64,000 bases of DNA, taken from Botryllus schlosseri. Taxonomy: Eukaryota. Below the pieces are notes generated by a model. The model made no database searches and was not told the DNA's origin. It saw only the letters and a list, made by a program, of their open reading frames with translations. Shown piece by piece: positions 52,544 to 64,000 of the stretch. Both the position numbers and the translations under genes were made by a program. The stretch's first letter is position 1; every line of letters begins with the position of its first letter. The DNA lies in assembly GCA_051294905.1 (NCBI GenBank), contig CM119372.1, positions 28,212,001-28,276,000 on the forward strand, written 5' to 3'.

Positions 52544-53180
52544 TCAGTGAACTGGACAAGGGTTAGGATCGGAGCAAGCCATACGCAGGGCGGAACATAG
52601 GTCGTGGCTCGTGGGGATTACAGTTTTACTACTGGGCGCTGGCTCTTTCCTTGGCGGGAAAGAAAATGATGCAGACTTTTTAGGCAAATTGAGGCAAGGT
52701 GTCGCTCCCAACTTCAGCCGACGTTTTTCAGAAGCACCTGCCGCTATAATATCTTCTGGTCGGAAATGTCGATCACATATTTGGGTTCTTGAAAACACAG
52801 TAAATCGTCCATAAAAGAATCATAGCATGATGCCAGTAACAACAGAGCCTATCAGTCACAGGATTCCAGCTACCAGCTTTGATATCATGCCGGCAATATA
52901 GCCGTACACCTCCCATACCACCAATAGATATATGGTAGATCATATTCTGTTAAAACAATGTAAATACCGTAACTCACGATTCTCTATCGAGCTGACTGAT
53001 TATATTATCTCTGCTATCAGTAGAATCACGCATTGACAATATAAAACGACGTAGTTGCGATCGGTGCTGCTTTTCCTGTTCGTTCTTCGCGAGATCCACC
53101 CTGTAAATGATAAAGAGTGCTGAATTACTATTCTTCCGACTAGTATTACAACCAGGGACGGCACAACGGTTTGTAGGCAT
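52544..53180 (-). CDS. THAP-domain (C2CH zinc finger) protein, 2 exons
   Basis: Exon 53180-52978 (MPTNRCAVPGC...) is spliced via GTGAGT..TCAAG in phase 2 to the exon starting at 52787 (TQICDRHF...LKLGATPCLNLP), restoring C-x4-C...C-x2-HF and an AVPT-like box. The true 3' end is uncertain (possible further acceptor at 52501). Confidence 0.8.
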
Positions 53181-56058
53181 TTCCGATATTCAATTGTTGT
53201 ATTTAATCACCAATACAGATCTGCAAAAGATATAGATATACGGTCAAATGGAGCGCAGCAACGGTGCAAGATCAACTGGTTGTTGTATAATATTTGGAAC
53301 AGATATGGTGTCCTTGCTTTCGTCAAAGTCGTTGAAGAGCAGTTCATGGACAATTTCCGGAGGAATATCGTACCATTCCTCAACAACATCACTGACTTTC
53401 GAGGCCATAATTTCAATAGATATACTGTATAAATGAGTATACATTAAAATATTTATAATAATAATAAGACAGATCCCATGACAGTACTGAATTACTATTT
53501 TTCCGACTATAGTATTACAACCAGGCATTTCCAATATTCGATAGTTGTAATGAATCACCAATACATATCTGCAAAACACCTACTATAAGGTCAAATGTCA
53601 CAAAAGATCACTAACAGAAAACAGAAACTTTCTCAATGCTAAGGTTTTGTGACTAGCGCGAATTTGCTCAACTCGTGAGGTCACTATCACCCGACCGGAA
53701 ATGATTGACAGGCCACGCAGTTACCGTTCTATCCCATTCAGTTTTCCATGGTATCACATTACCTCAGCTGCAAAACTTAAAAGAACTATAACATCAGGGG
53801 TTCTTAACGAGGGGTACAGGTACGAAGCACCAGAGAAGAGGGTTAAAATGCAGTGTAAAATTATAGGCTGTCCATACGGCAGCGTTAACAAGTGCAGTGA
53901 CACAGGTAGAGTAGAAAAATACCAGATTATCTTTAACGTGGTGTAGAACTGTTATTGTTTCCTTTGTGGTCGCATGAAAGGTCGAGCTATCACACGTCAT
54001 CCACATCGCTATGACGTCAAAAGCAGTGACACTCGACTCGAAGCCTAATTCTCGATTAGCAATTGAATCACTCAGGTACTCCATTTCGCCCAACCCAACA
54101 TTGACGAAAATCTACGACAAAAACGCCCTAGTAGGTTAAATTGAATGACTAATTATTATTTGTGTGTTGTGAATTATGTTAAACTTGGCAAGGCCGTTTT
54201 AGTGTGAGCAATGCACATATGCAATTTGTGCATTCAACACGCAAGTTCTAAATACATTGAGTGTTTGTTTTATCACTACAATTGTATTTACTTTTGCCAA
54301 TCATTGTAGACAGGGGGTACCAGAAAATTTCACGGAAACTGAAGAAGTATTATAGCGCAAAACGGGGTGAGAAACACGAATATAGATATAATTGTGGTCG
54401 TTTTCTACTCAAGTAGATGAGGCAAATATATTGCGAAAGAAGACTCGGGATGAATCTGTCACACTCAAAGGCTACCAATAAGTGTAAGCAGAGCAATGAG
54501 CATTGAATAATGAACATGGTAAAATGACAACTTATAAACATAGGTTATCAATTACAGGTCATATTATCATTACAGGAACATTCAGTTTCGTACCACCGCA
54601 GCACAAGTGACGTGCTATATTCAACTATATATATTTAGAAATACCATGGATTTGCTAAAAAGTACAGAAACTATAAAAATAGATCTATCGCGGTTTACAT
54701 AACTATTAGACAACAATCATTCGGCAGATTTCGCCTTGAGGGCACGAGTGACAGACTGACAGTCAGTTGCGTCAGCCAAGAAATCAAAATATTGTTCAAC
54801 GTTACATCACCCTCTACGCCTCTATCCTTCAGAGACACTCGAAAGGATGCGATACGCGAGAGATCAATGACTTCTCTTATGACAACAAGCATAAGTTCAC
54901 GCTGCGATATATGATAGCTAATAGCCTTGTTTCAAGTTTTCTTTCGATTTAGTCCATACTACAGTGTTATATACCGATAGACATGCTATAACACAGTTCA
55001 TCTTTTTTCGAACAAGAAATTATATTATAGGTTTAGTCATTACTATGATGTTATTGTCGCAAGATTATATCCGGGTTACCGTTGCATCGCTGAGTCGAAG
55101 CTGGGAGAACGTTTTGCTAATAGTAACTATAAGCTTCGTCCTGTACAGATAATAGCTAGCTAGCAAAATCAACCCTTCTTAAGCGCACGGGTTTATTTAG
55201 AAGCGGGGCTTCGTCGACCATTGCAGCAATTTGCAAAAGAAGATAAGAAGCCGTCTTGGCTTGGTATTAACTTTAAACATAGGCAGCTATATCTACGGTT
55301 GATTATCAGTATATGGGAATCGCTGAACATTTACAGCAACCATCATTTCGGGCCCAAATCAAGGTTTTTTATTGCATCAATCATAACTATCACAGGTTTT
55401 TATTATAGACCAAGAGCATACCATCCGAAGTTCTTCATGATGGGGTCTTATCTTTATTGTACAAGTAGCCTACATATTCAAAGAGAAGGTATGAAGGTCG
55501 AGATGGAAATTACGAAATGCACTGATCATGAATACTATATGTATTTTCAGCTAAGTTATTGTAAGGAAGAGACCAATTTACTTTTAAAAAAGTATATATA
55601 ACCTGACAAATTAGAATAGTGAACATCGCGAGATATGGGCATGAGAAGATCGGAATCATACGAAAAAGCTCTTTACGCAATTTTCAATTCACGGACATAT
55701 ATGCAGTGCTAATGCAACTAATAGGTTCAATCATGGAATAATAAATCATTCTGGTATTGGATAGCATATGCCTATGTGACACTTAAAACGCGATATAAAA
55801 CTGCTGTAGTTGCGAGTCTGCGGGTAGAACTATCACAGTGGCATATTTCGCCCCTCATACCTCGAGTTTTACGACGTATTTAGAAAAAAGGCCAACCAAA
55901 GACCTTGTGATGGACGAATGTGAGGACGCGGATGAAAATATGAGAAGAAGGGTTTGAAAGAATTACAGGCGAAAGATCCGAAGGTCCGGGCATTCGGCCG
56001 TGGTGAAAGACACCGTACTTCGCCGTTTCGACATCCTTCTATATCTGTTCATTACATC

Positions 56059-57007
56059 TAGGGTTGCATTTAAAACAAATGGTTGTTTAAAACACTTTGT
56101 TTCATGTTTTTAACAAAGCCCTTCTAAAAAACAAAAGAGTTTTTTTAAGTTGCATAATTATGCCATAGTTGTGTAAATGATTTCCGAAAAAACATGTTTT
56201 ATGAGCCTATACAGACCATTACTACCCGATATAGCCGACGTATACCATATGGCAGTGGTCGGCAACCTATGGCTCGCGAGCCATATACGGCTCTTTTGGG
56301 CATAAGATATGGCTCTTTTCGAAATTTTTGTTTTTTTGCTTATAATTTGTCAAAACTGCAGCAACTTGTTATTAAATCTTCAGCACCACCAGCATAATTA
56401 TTCTTATGGTAGTATAAACATGTCTATGAGAGGTTTATACAGTTGCGTATTCAGGGTTTGGGGCTCGAACCCCCTTTCCAAAATCCTCAAATTAAAGCTG
56501 CTGTATCAATATCACTCCGGATTTCGATTTACCCGCCACGAAATCATGGATTGCACGATACGGTGATTGATCAAAGAGACAATAGGAGACATGGCGGCGC
56601 CTGTATCACAGTGCAGTTTTGAAAATAAACATTTTCTTACTGATCTACGGCGAGGAATGAACTGTCGTGGGTGGAAGTGACATTCACAATTACAAATTCA
56701 AATTACTAACAACCCCATAGCGCTTCACGTTATCGATTGATAACGTAGCTCTGTAGTCGCTGTTAAAAAATAGGCGAATGGCGAAACGTTATGTTACTGC
56801 CGAATACTTTGAGAATTCAGAAATCGAATCGAGATCAGTTCGACAATTACATTCGATTAATTTCAGTCATCATAAATTCCAAGATAGTTACGACGAATTG
56901 CGGTGTCATAGGTAAGGCACGGCCCGGCCGTGCCTCACATATGCCTTACCGTACCTCTCCTTTCGCGCGTTTGTTTTAAATTGATGTTTGTTTTAAATGC
57001 CACCCTA
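56059..57007. mobile_element. MITE with TAGGGTTGCATTTAAAAC termini, containing a further insertion
   Basis: TIR TAGGGTTGCATTTAAAACAAA / TTTGTTTTAAATGCCACCCTA; TSD ATTACATC/ATTGCATA (2 mismatches); family members at 46670-47137, ~33870-34189 and ~47778-47965. Confidence 0.65.
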
Positions 57008-58577
57008 ATTGCATATAATTTAGGCTTATATACTGCCTGCTGTAACGGTGTTTGTTCTTGAACCCCCTAAAATATTACCAGCTGCGTGTAGGCCAAAGCT
57101 TCATGTCTTCATGTGTCCTTGCGCGGGAGGAAAGGGTGATCTCCAAATACCATTGCACACCCCTAGACTAAAGCACCCCAACGGTCAACGACGGCGTTAA
57201 GCGATATCAGGAATATAACACTCTTACACAATTGTGATTTAAGTGGATTCATCTCTGTAAATTATTTGTATTCAAAAAATATCGGGTGCAGCAGTTCAGG
57301 CGGCGCCCTTTGCCTTCCTTTACCCTACCCGTGTCTTACCCTATCATCACCCTGGCACCCTACCCTACTACCCTATCACCGCCTACATCACCCTATCATC
57401 ACTACCCTTTCCAGGGAAACCACTGTCAAACAACTCAAACATATATAGGTATGACATTAAACCAATTTGTCTAATAGAAAGGTCAACACACTTACATGAT
57501 CAAGCCTGTGTAGTAACCACTTTTCCTCGTGTCTCAGTTAACGGCTATACAGTGCCCAGAGCGATCTTGTGACCTGTGCCTCAATTCTCCTTTCGCGCTG
57601 TATTTTTTTAATAATAATTATGCAAATTTACGATGTTGGGTGAAAAAATGTTCAAATTTAGTTATTTATGAACATCAATGTAAAATATCAATAAAATCAT
57701 CGACTCATCGAGGGTTTTCATAATTTTCACATACTCACCCAGACGATTGGTGAGGCACTGCCTCACCTGCCTCATTGGGCCGTACATCACTGATACCAAC
57801 GGTGTTCGACCATGTTTTTCAGAATAATCAGTCGGACAAATCTTATCATGAATTCTCATCAAAAAGCCATATTTTTTGCGTGTCTCGCTTATTGGCTACA
57901 GTGCCCAACACATCGACCTTGGATATGTAAAAACTATGGAGGATTTTTGCAACAAATTCAAGAAAAACTACATACATATTAACAGATAACTCTGGCACCG
58001 TGTCGACCCAAAATTATACCCCTTGTGGTCCATATTTTATTAAACCTTGATCGGGTAAAAATTTGCGTAACAGTAACTCGCAAATGTGAGTCTGTAATGC
58101 TGGTATTTACTATACTATCCTCGTGCCTCGTGCTAATCGAACAATTATTACGAATGTATGATGATTGTTTAGCGAAAAAAAGCAGACAGTCAATTTGACG
58201 TCATTTTTTCAGCCTGTCGCAGGCTCAGACGGGCTGATATACTGTATGTCTGCAACTACACCAGCTTCTAAATCAGGCTTTTGGTGACGTAATAATTATA
58301 GTGCGAAAATATTAATTCATTAAAGCGTAGGCCACACGTACAATATTCACTAGCGACATCACTCGCGATAATCTCACTTTTTCACTAAGACCAGTGTTAC
58401 GTCATCATGGGATGGGAAAAGGTTAACCGAGTACAGTACGTATTTCTCGGAACGAGAAACTGCGCCGGTACGGTACTTATTATTTATTACAAAGGTTTAA
58501 CATTGGCCATCATACGAAAAGGTATTCCGCCGTACAACCAAGATATGTTAGCTGACCGGGTGGGTAGAAGTTGAAAC

Positions 58578-60605
58578 CAGGGCTGTGGAGTCGGAGTCGG
58601 AGTCTAGGTAATTTTCGCTTGATGGAGTCGGAGTCGGAGTCGGAGTCGTGAAAACTATAATAGCTGGAGTCGGAGTCGGAGTCGGAGTCGAGAGGGAAAT
58701 ACTGACTGGAGTCGGAGTCGGAGTTTCTGAGAATGACCCTGACTTCGACTCCGACTCCGACTCCAACTTTTCTATCATGAAAACATTTGCTTTCAAAAAA
58801 TTTTCGAAATAATTTTTATGTACCACCAATCACTATTATTATTAACCATACAAATCAGGCACGGACAGCCCGTGGCACGCAGGCCAAATTTGGCTCACGA
58901 GAAGGTTAGGTGTGACCTGGGAGGTAATTCTCGAAATTATTTATGACATCAGGTACAATTGCAAGGTCAACCAAAATTTGATTAGCATGACCGCGAAATT
59001 TGATGATGACTAAAACAACAGTTCTGACGCATTGAGGTATACAAGGGCCAGCCACATTTATCCCAGATCTTCATATATGACCATAAAGTAGAATATTTCA
59101 TAGCAGATTTATTTGACTTGAAACTTTTCTCGGTGCTTCGCATGATCCATTGTCACTAGATTTCTTGCATTCAGTATTTGAGCCCCCTTCTAAAAATTAT
59201 AAATACTTATTATTCACAGAATTGAGTCTAACTATATTCCCAGTTAAGAGTAACGTGTCGTCCAACATGCGGCATCGCTTGCGTACTTGCAGCGAGATCG
59301 TCGACAAAACATTTGCACAAAATGATAGAGGCATGTTCGCTGATACCCTCGATTTTGCTATGTCTAAACGTCGAATAATCCTGTCCTGTCCAAATGAGCC
59401 CAGTGGTATACAGATGCGACCCCCAATGTATATTAGCAACATATTTATTGATATAATTCAGTCATTATCTTGCAAAGAAATTTCGCGCTTCGCGCGACCA
59501 GGGCCAACTTCCGCACTGCACAGTTGCATGACATATTGTTATCAATTTTAGAGCGTATTAATATAAGCCTTGTTTGCAATGTTACTTAATTCGGTTCGCT
59601 CCTATCGGACGACTAAAAAAAGGTTATCAACAAAACAGTTGCCCGCGCAATGGTTCCTAAATCTCATGTGTCCCTTGGCCGAAAACGTTGCACACCCCGG
59701 ATATAGACAAAATTAGGCATTACTTGCAAATTACAACTCAGTTGCAGAGGGGAAGAAAATCGCAATATGCATTTTCGCGATGCAGTCAAAATTGATGCCA
59801 TTGATACTGTGACATAGCAAATGCATCGGCTGTTTTTTTAAAATTGTCAAAATTATGTAAAGATGACCAAACGATGCTTCCCACTTTACAGAATTAAAAA
59901 TATTTGCAGTGTAGCTTAGCTGTTTGGTTCGAACATATGATTAAGTAAGACTGCAAGTCCCAATCCTTGAATACTTGATTAAGTACATGTACACATAGGC
60001 TATGGGTCTTTGACTATTAAACTAAATTCCCTTTATGACCAATGTCTGTTAGTAGTAAGAGTGTGTGTGCTTGTAATCGGGATAGTGGGCAATGAAAAAA
60101 TTAGTTAGCACAATCTCTTTATTAGTTGCTGACTCATACACAAGAGCTACACTTGTATTTTTATCTACATTTTTATTATTCAGGATTGGATATCTGCCAT
60201 ATTTGAATGATTCATACATTTCAGGATATTAGAGAGTCCATGTTATAAAAATTCGAAAAAGGAAGGATATTTAGCAAATGTTATGCTAATTGCATAGATA
60301 GTGGATAATTCGCGCTGTGTCACAATGAAACAATTTAGCATGCCACCGTTAATCATATGTTTGCATATGTTTAATGGTTGTATGATAGTCATTCAACCGA
60401 CAATGTCGCATATAATTTTCGAAGTAAATTGGTAATAATGCCGGAGTCGGAGTCGGTACGTTTAAAGACCCAAGAGTCGGAGTCGGAGTCGGTACGTTTA
60501 AAGACTCAGGAGTCGGAGTCGGAGTCGGAGTCGGTATATTGAAAATGTGTGGAGTCGGAGTCGGAGCCGGAGTCGGTGGTAAAATTTACCGACTCCACAG
60601 CCCTG
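58578..60605. mobile_element. hAT-type element with GGAGTC arrays (copy 2)
   Basis: Same TIRs as, and colinear with, 26623-28649; TSD degenerate (GTTGAAAC/GTTAAGAG). Confidence 0.88.
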
Positions 60606-60654
60606 GTTAAGAGGCTGGTGCGGAGCAGCGAAACCACGTTTGATCGTAGCGCAA

Positions 60655-60920
60655 CAGCGTTTGATGTTTTACAGTGGTTAGTTAATGCAAAGCTACTTGA
60701 TTCGACAACATATCTATGCTCGTGTCTGAAACTTTATCTGACCATTGGTGTTTCAATTGCGAGCTGTGTGAGGAGCTTCTCAAAGCTCAAACTGATTAAG
60801 TCTTATTTACGTTCTAACATGAATGATTATCGACTATCAGATCTATCCATTCTGTCTATAGAAAGAGACTATACGTTCAAAAACTTGAATTTGAGGATAT
60901 TATCGCTGATTTTGCTTTGA
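60655..60920 (+). pseudogene. hAT transposase C-terminal dimerization-domain fragment
   Basis: LKLYLTIGVSIASCVRSFSKLKLIKSYLRSNMNDYRLSDLSILSIER matches the hATC consensus (ERSFS.LK.IK..LRS.M...RL..L..LSIE); a second copy at ~62347-63960 is split by two insertions. Confidence 0.85.
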
Positions 60921-61560
60921 GGCGGCTATTGATTTTCTATTTGCACAATACATTCGTTTGCTATTTCTTGTCTTTATTATTTTTGGCCTTATTAACGTCG
61001 AGACGGTGAGGCTGAGACGCGGCATATTATTTGTAATTATTTTTATTGACAAGATTGCTTGAATATGAATCTATGTCGAAATTTGCTGCGGTCTACTTAG
61101 GGGGGGGGGGGGGGGGCGGCATTTTAGGCGAGAGCCAGGGGCGGCAGCACATGCTGCTACGCCAGTGCTACCATACGTCCTCTTTTAAGAGGATTTGAAC
61201 TCTTTTTTGACTATTTTGAAAGTGTCCTCGGAGGACGCCCAAATGTCCTATTTTTTTTAGAATTTTGGTCAGATATATGGCAAAATCGACTGAGAGACAG
61301 TAAATTAGCACTGAAGTAACGCTCCGGCGGCTATTTCGGGAGCTGAGCTGGAAAGTTGACCTTTTTCTAGTCAACCAACTGATAATGTGAAAGGGAAAAC
61401 GGTATTTTGGGCGCTGAGCGAGAAAGTTGACCCTTTTTTTGTCAACCGACCACGAAGTGGGAAAAATTTACCATTTTCAGGATTTTCCTCCGGTTTTGCA
61501 AGTCTGAAAATTTTGAAAAAGTGTCCTCTTTTTAGATTTCCAAAATATGGTAACCCTACG

Positions 61561-61682
61561 TCTTACAAAAGCCAAGAAGTGTGCCGTGCTACAAGTCGGC
61601 GGTTACGGAATGAAAAATAAGAAATATCAGCCTGGTGTAAATGACCATTGTAGTCGATAAACAGCATGATTTCCACAAACTA
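61561..61682 (+). repeat. 3' fragment of the tRNA-derived SINE
   Basis: Diverged reverse complement of ~3200-3322. Confidence 0.7.
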
Positions 61683-62499
61683 CATTAAGGTTGAGTACAT
61701 CGTAAATGCCGATAATGCAAGTCTTCTCGCTTCGACGAACTTAAGCGTAAGCTCCTCTCTCGCACGCTGCGCATACACGTATATAATAACATACAGTCAC
61801 CGAAATCTGACGTAGTAAGCAAGTAGTGGGAAATCTCGGCATACTGAGGCCGCGAGCCACATTATATCATGTAAGACGGAAAACTGTCCGCGGGACGGAC
61901 AAAATCCTTTCGCGGGCCGTATGTTGCCAGCCCCTGTCATAAAGGATGATGCCGTGTAGTGTTGTGACCCGCAATCTCACATGAACGTTGTATAATATGG
62001 GTTGTTTTGTTTGGAATACATTCATGAACTCAGTACTAAATTCAATGTGACCAAAGATCTCTAGCTCTACCCAGTGGCGTAGCAGCCACTTGGCGGTTCT
62101 GGCTCTGCGCCAGGGGCGGCAGGCTCCAAGGGGGCGGCAAAATGAGGCTAACACAATGTACACAGCTGGTTAAAGCAGCGTATTTGGTAGTCCTATAGCT
62201 GGCGTCCCGTGAGCTAAAATTTAATCAAACTGGTCTTAAACGAAAGCTAGTGTCACGCTAATTCCGAAAACACGAATTAATATGTTAACATGACAATGGA
62301 ACCATTCCGAAATAGCCATCAAGGGCGCGTGTTCCTAACAATGGTTGGTTAGTTAATGCAAAGCTACTGCATGCGACACCTTATATATACTCGTGTCTGG
62401 AACTTCATCTGACCATTGGTGTTTCAATTGAGGGCTGTGCGAGGAGCTTCTCAAAGCTCAAACTGATTAAGTCTTATTTACGTTCTACCATGAATGATG

Positions 62500-62966
62500 T
62501 AGTGCGGAGCATGGACCGGAGCCGGATTGGATATCCGGCCGGATTTTTACAATTTTGGCCGGACCGGATTGGAGCCGGATCAGTACTTTTTCTCTTACGG
62601 CCGGAGCCGGATCGGAGCCGGATCACTACTTTTTTGATCCGGCCAGAATTTTTATGGATAAGCATGACTTTTATATGGATAAGCATGACTTTTATATGGA
62701 TAAGCATGACTTTTATAACTATATAACTACCAACCAACCACACGTAAGTAACCTCCAAGCCAGTGTGAACATAAACGAGGCATATTTATCAATTCACGGA
62801 ACCTCCGTACCGAGTAGGACCGGATTTCTGGCCGGACTTTTTCATTTTTGGCCGGATCGGATTGGAGCCGGATCAGTACTTTTTCGGATACGGCCGGAGC
62901 CGGACCAGAGAATTGAACAACCGGATCGGAGCCGGACCAGAGAATTTGTCGATCCGCCCCGCACTA
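62500..62966. mobile_element. MITE with CCGGA(T/G/C) arrays and an internal 3x21-bp tandem repeat
   Basis: TIR TAGTGCGG / CCGCACTA; exact TSD GAATGATG at 62492-62499 and 62967-62974; the TATGGATAAGCATGACTTTTA unit occurs three times at ~62653-62715. Confidence 0.85.
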
Positions 62967-62998
62967 GAATGATGATCGGCTATCATCTCTATCGATAG

Positions 62999-63902
62999 CA
63001 GTGGTTCTCAACCTTTTTGTCTTCGCGGAACACTTTGACCGCTACAGACCCCCGTGGACACCCTCAATTATCGTGCAACCGCCAACTGTCTCGTGCAAAC
63101 ATTGATTTTAGGTTAGTAATAAACAGCCAGAAAATGAATTTTATTCAAAATAACATCACACTATATATGTCGAAATTGGGTAGACTTTTAATATTTCGAA
63201 ACGAATTCTCCACCTGTATTTATTGTCTTGAAAATTCCCGTCTTTGATTGGATATGAACGAGTGCCGAAAGTCCATTTCCACAAAGATAGATTGGTGGCG
63301 AATGTAATATCAACGCGTAACGCTTCTGCATGACGACAGCTTTTGGTGTGTGTTTGTAATGAACATATCATGTCCATTGTCCACGCAGCCTATATAGTCA
63401 ATTCTATCTAGCATCTCATCTTGAAGGCATTTAGTGGTTATATCACAGAAGAAAATGGACTTCGTGGCGGCGCGGTTTCAATTCCTTCATTGGGACAGAT
63501 CAGGAAACAAGTTCAGGAACTTCTATTTCAAACGAATGTTTACAAATTTGCTGCGACTGACAACTGCAAATCCAAATTGCTATCTTCAACATTTAATTTT
63601 TCAGAAACCTTAACAAAACATTTATAAACAGCAATATATGTTTACATCGGCATGCCATTGGTAAGTTGACAATAAAATGAGTTTGCACAGTCGGATATTT
63701 CATCTCAGACGAACATTTTAATGACGTGAGTCCTAAAGTTTTAGTAATTATGAAGCGAAGCGAAAACTGTCCCATGCTTTTCCTAATTAAAAAATGTAAA
63801 GTAAGTTACTTATGACTTTACAATGACCAGAGGCTTCGTAGACCCCCTGAAAATGCTTCGTGGCCCACCAGGGGTCCGCGGATCCCCGGTTGAGAACCAC
63901 TG
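62999..63902. mobile_element. hAT-type non-autonomous element
   Basis: Perfect 15-bp TIR CAGTGGTTCTCAACC / GGTTGAGAACCACTG; TSD ATCGATAG/GTCTATAG; removing it restores continuity with the hATC fragment seen at 60850-60915. Confidence 0.82.
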
Positions 63903-64000
63903 GTCTATAGAAAGAGACTACGTTCAAAATCTTGAATTTGAGGATATTATCGCTGATTTTTCATCGGCAAAGCCCGAAAAGTTAAGGCTATTGATTTTCT

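Larger units (their letters stand above)
50565..53750. mobile_element. P-superfamily (Galileo-like) foldback element with ~500-bp TIRs
   Basis: Exact 7-bp TSD GTATCAC at 50558-50564 and 53751-53757; termini CATGGAAAACTG / CAGTTTTCCATG; near-identical inverted arms 50565-51062 and 53251-53750; internal THAP gene. Confidence 0.88.

Noticed and set aside
57315..57412. ACCCT-rich tract as an interstitial telomere
   Set aside because: Irregular ACCCTA/ATCATC low-complexity sequence without a consistent CCCTAA register.
63017..63780. Transposase remnants inside 62999-63902
   Set aside because: Only faint resemblance to Buster-type motifs by eye; too degraded to call.

Overview
This is eukaryotic, AT-rich, repeat-dense genomic DNA. 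It is probably an invertebrate and plausibly a tunicate, which I infer from the compact ~60-nt introns and the repeat landscape. Three intron-containing housekeeping genes can be reconstructed exon by exon. A zinc-dependent medium-chain (polyol/threonine-type) dehydrogenase (minus, 7329-11157) sits head-to-head with DHRS4 (plus, 11773-22780, C-terminal SRL), and phosphoserine aminotransferase PSAT1 lies at 40022-43673 (plus). Most of the remainder is nested non-autonomous DNA transposons, identified by eye from terminal inverted repeats (TIRs) and target-site duplications (TSDs). These comprise many hAT-type elements with 8-bp TSDs, most families carrying their own subterminal repeat word, plus one CACTG/EnSpm-type, one Tc2/pogo-type and one 9-bp-TSD MULE-type element. 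A tRNA-derived SINE and CR1/L2-type LINE 3' ends are also present. The most unusual object is a 3.19-kb P/Galileo-like element (50565-53750) with a 7-bp TSD and ~500-bp TIRs. It carries two convergent genes, a spliced THAP-domain gene and an intact 321-aa ORF resembling only the C-terminal part of a P-type transposase, with no catalytic core visible. Also notable are two different elements inserted back-to-back at one 8-bp target, and a decayed hAT transposase resembling a family I recall from oomycetes, mosses and red algae. All family assignments come from motif recognition, with no database search.
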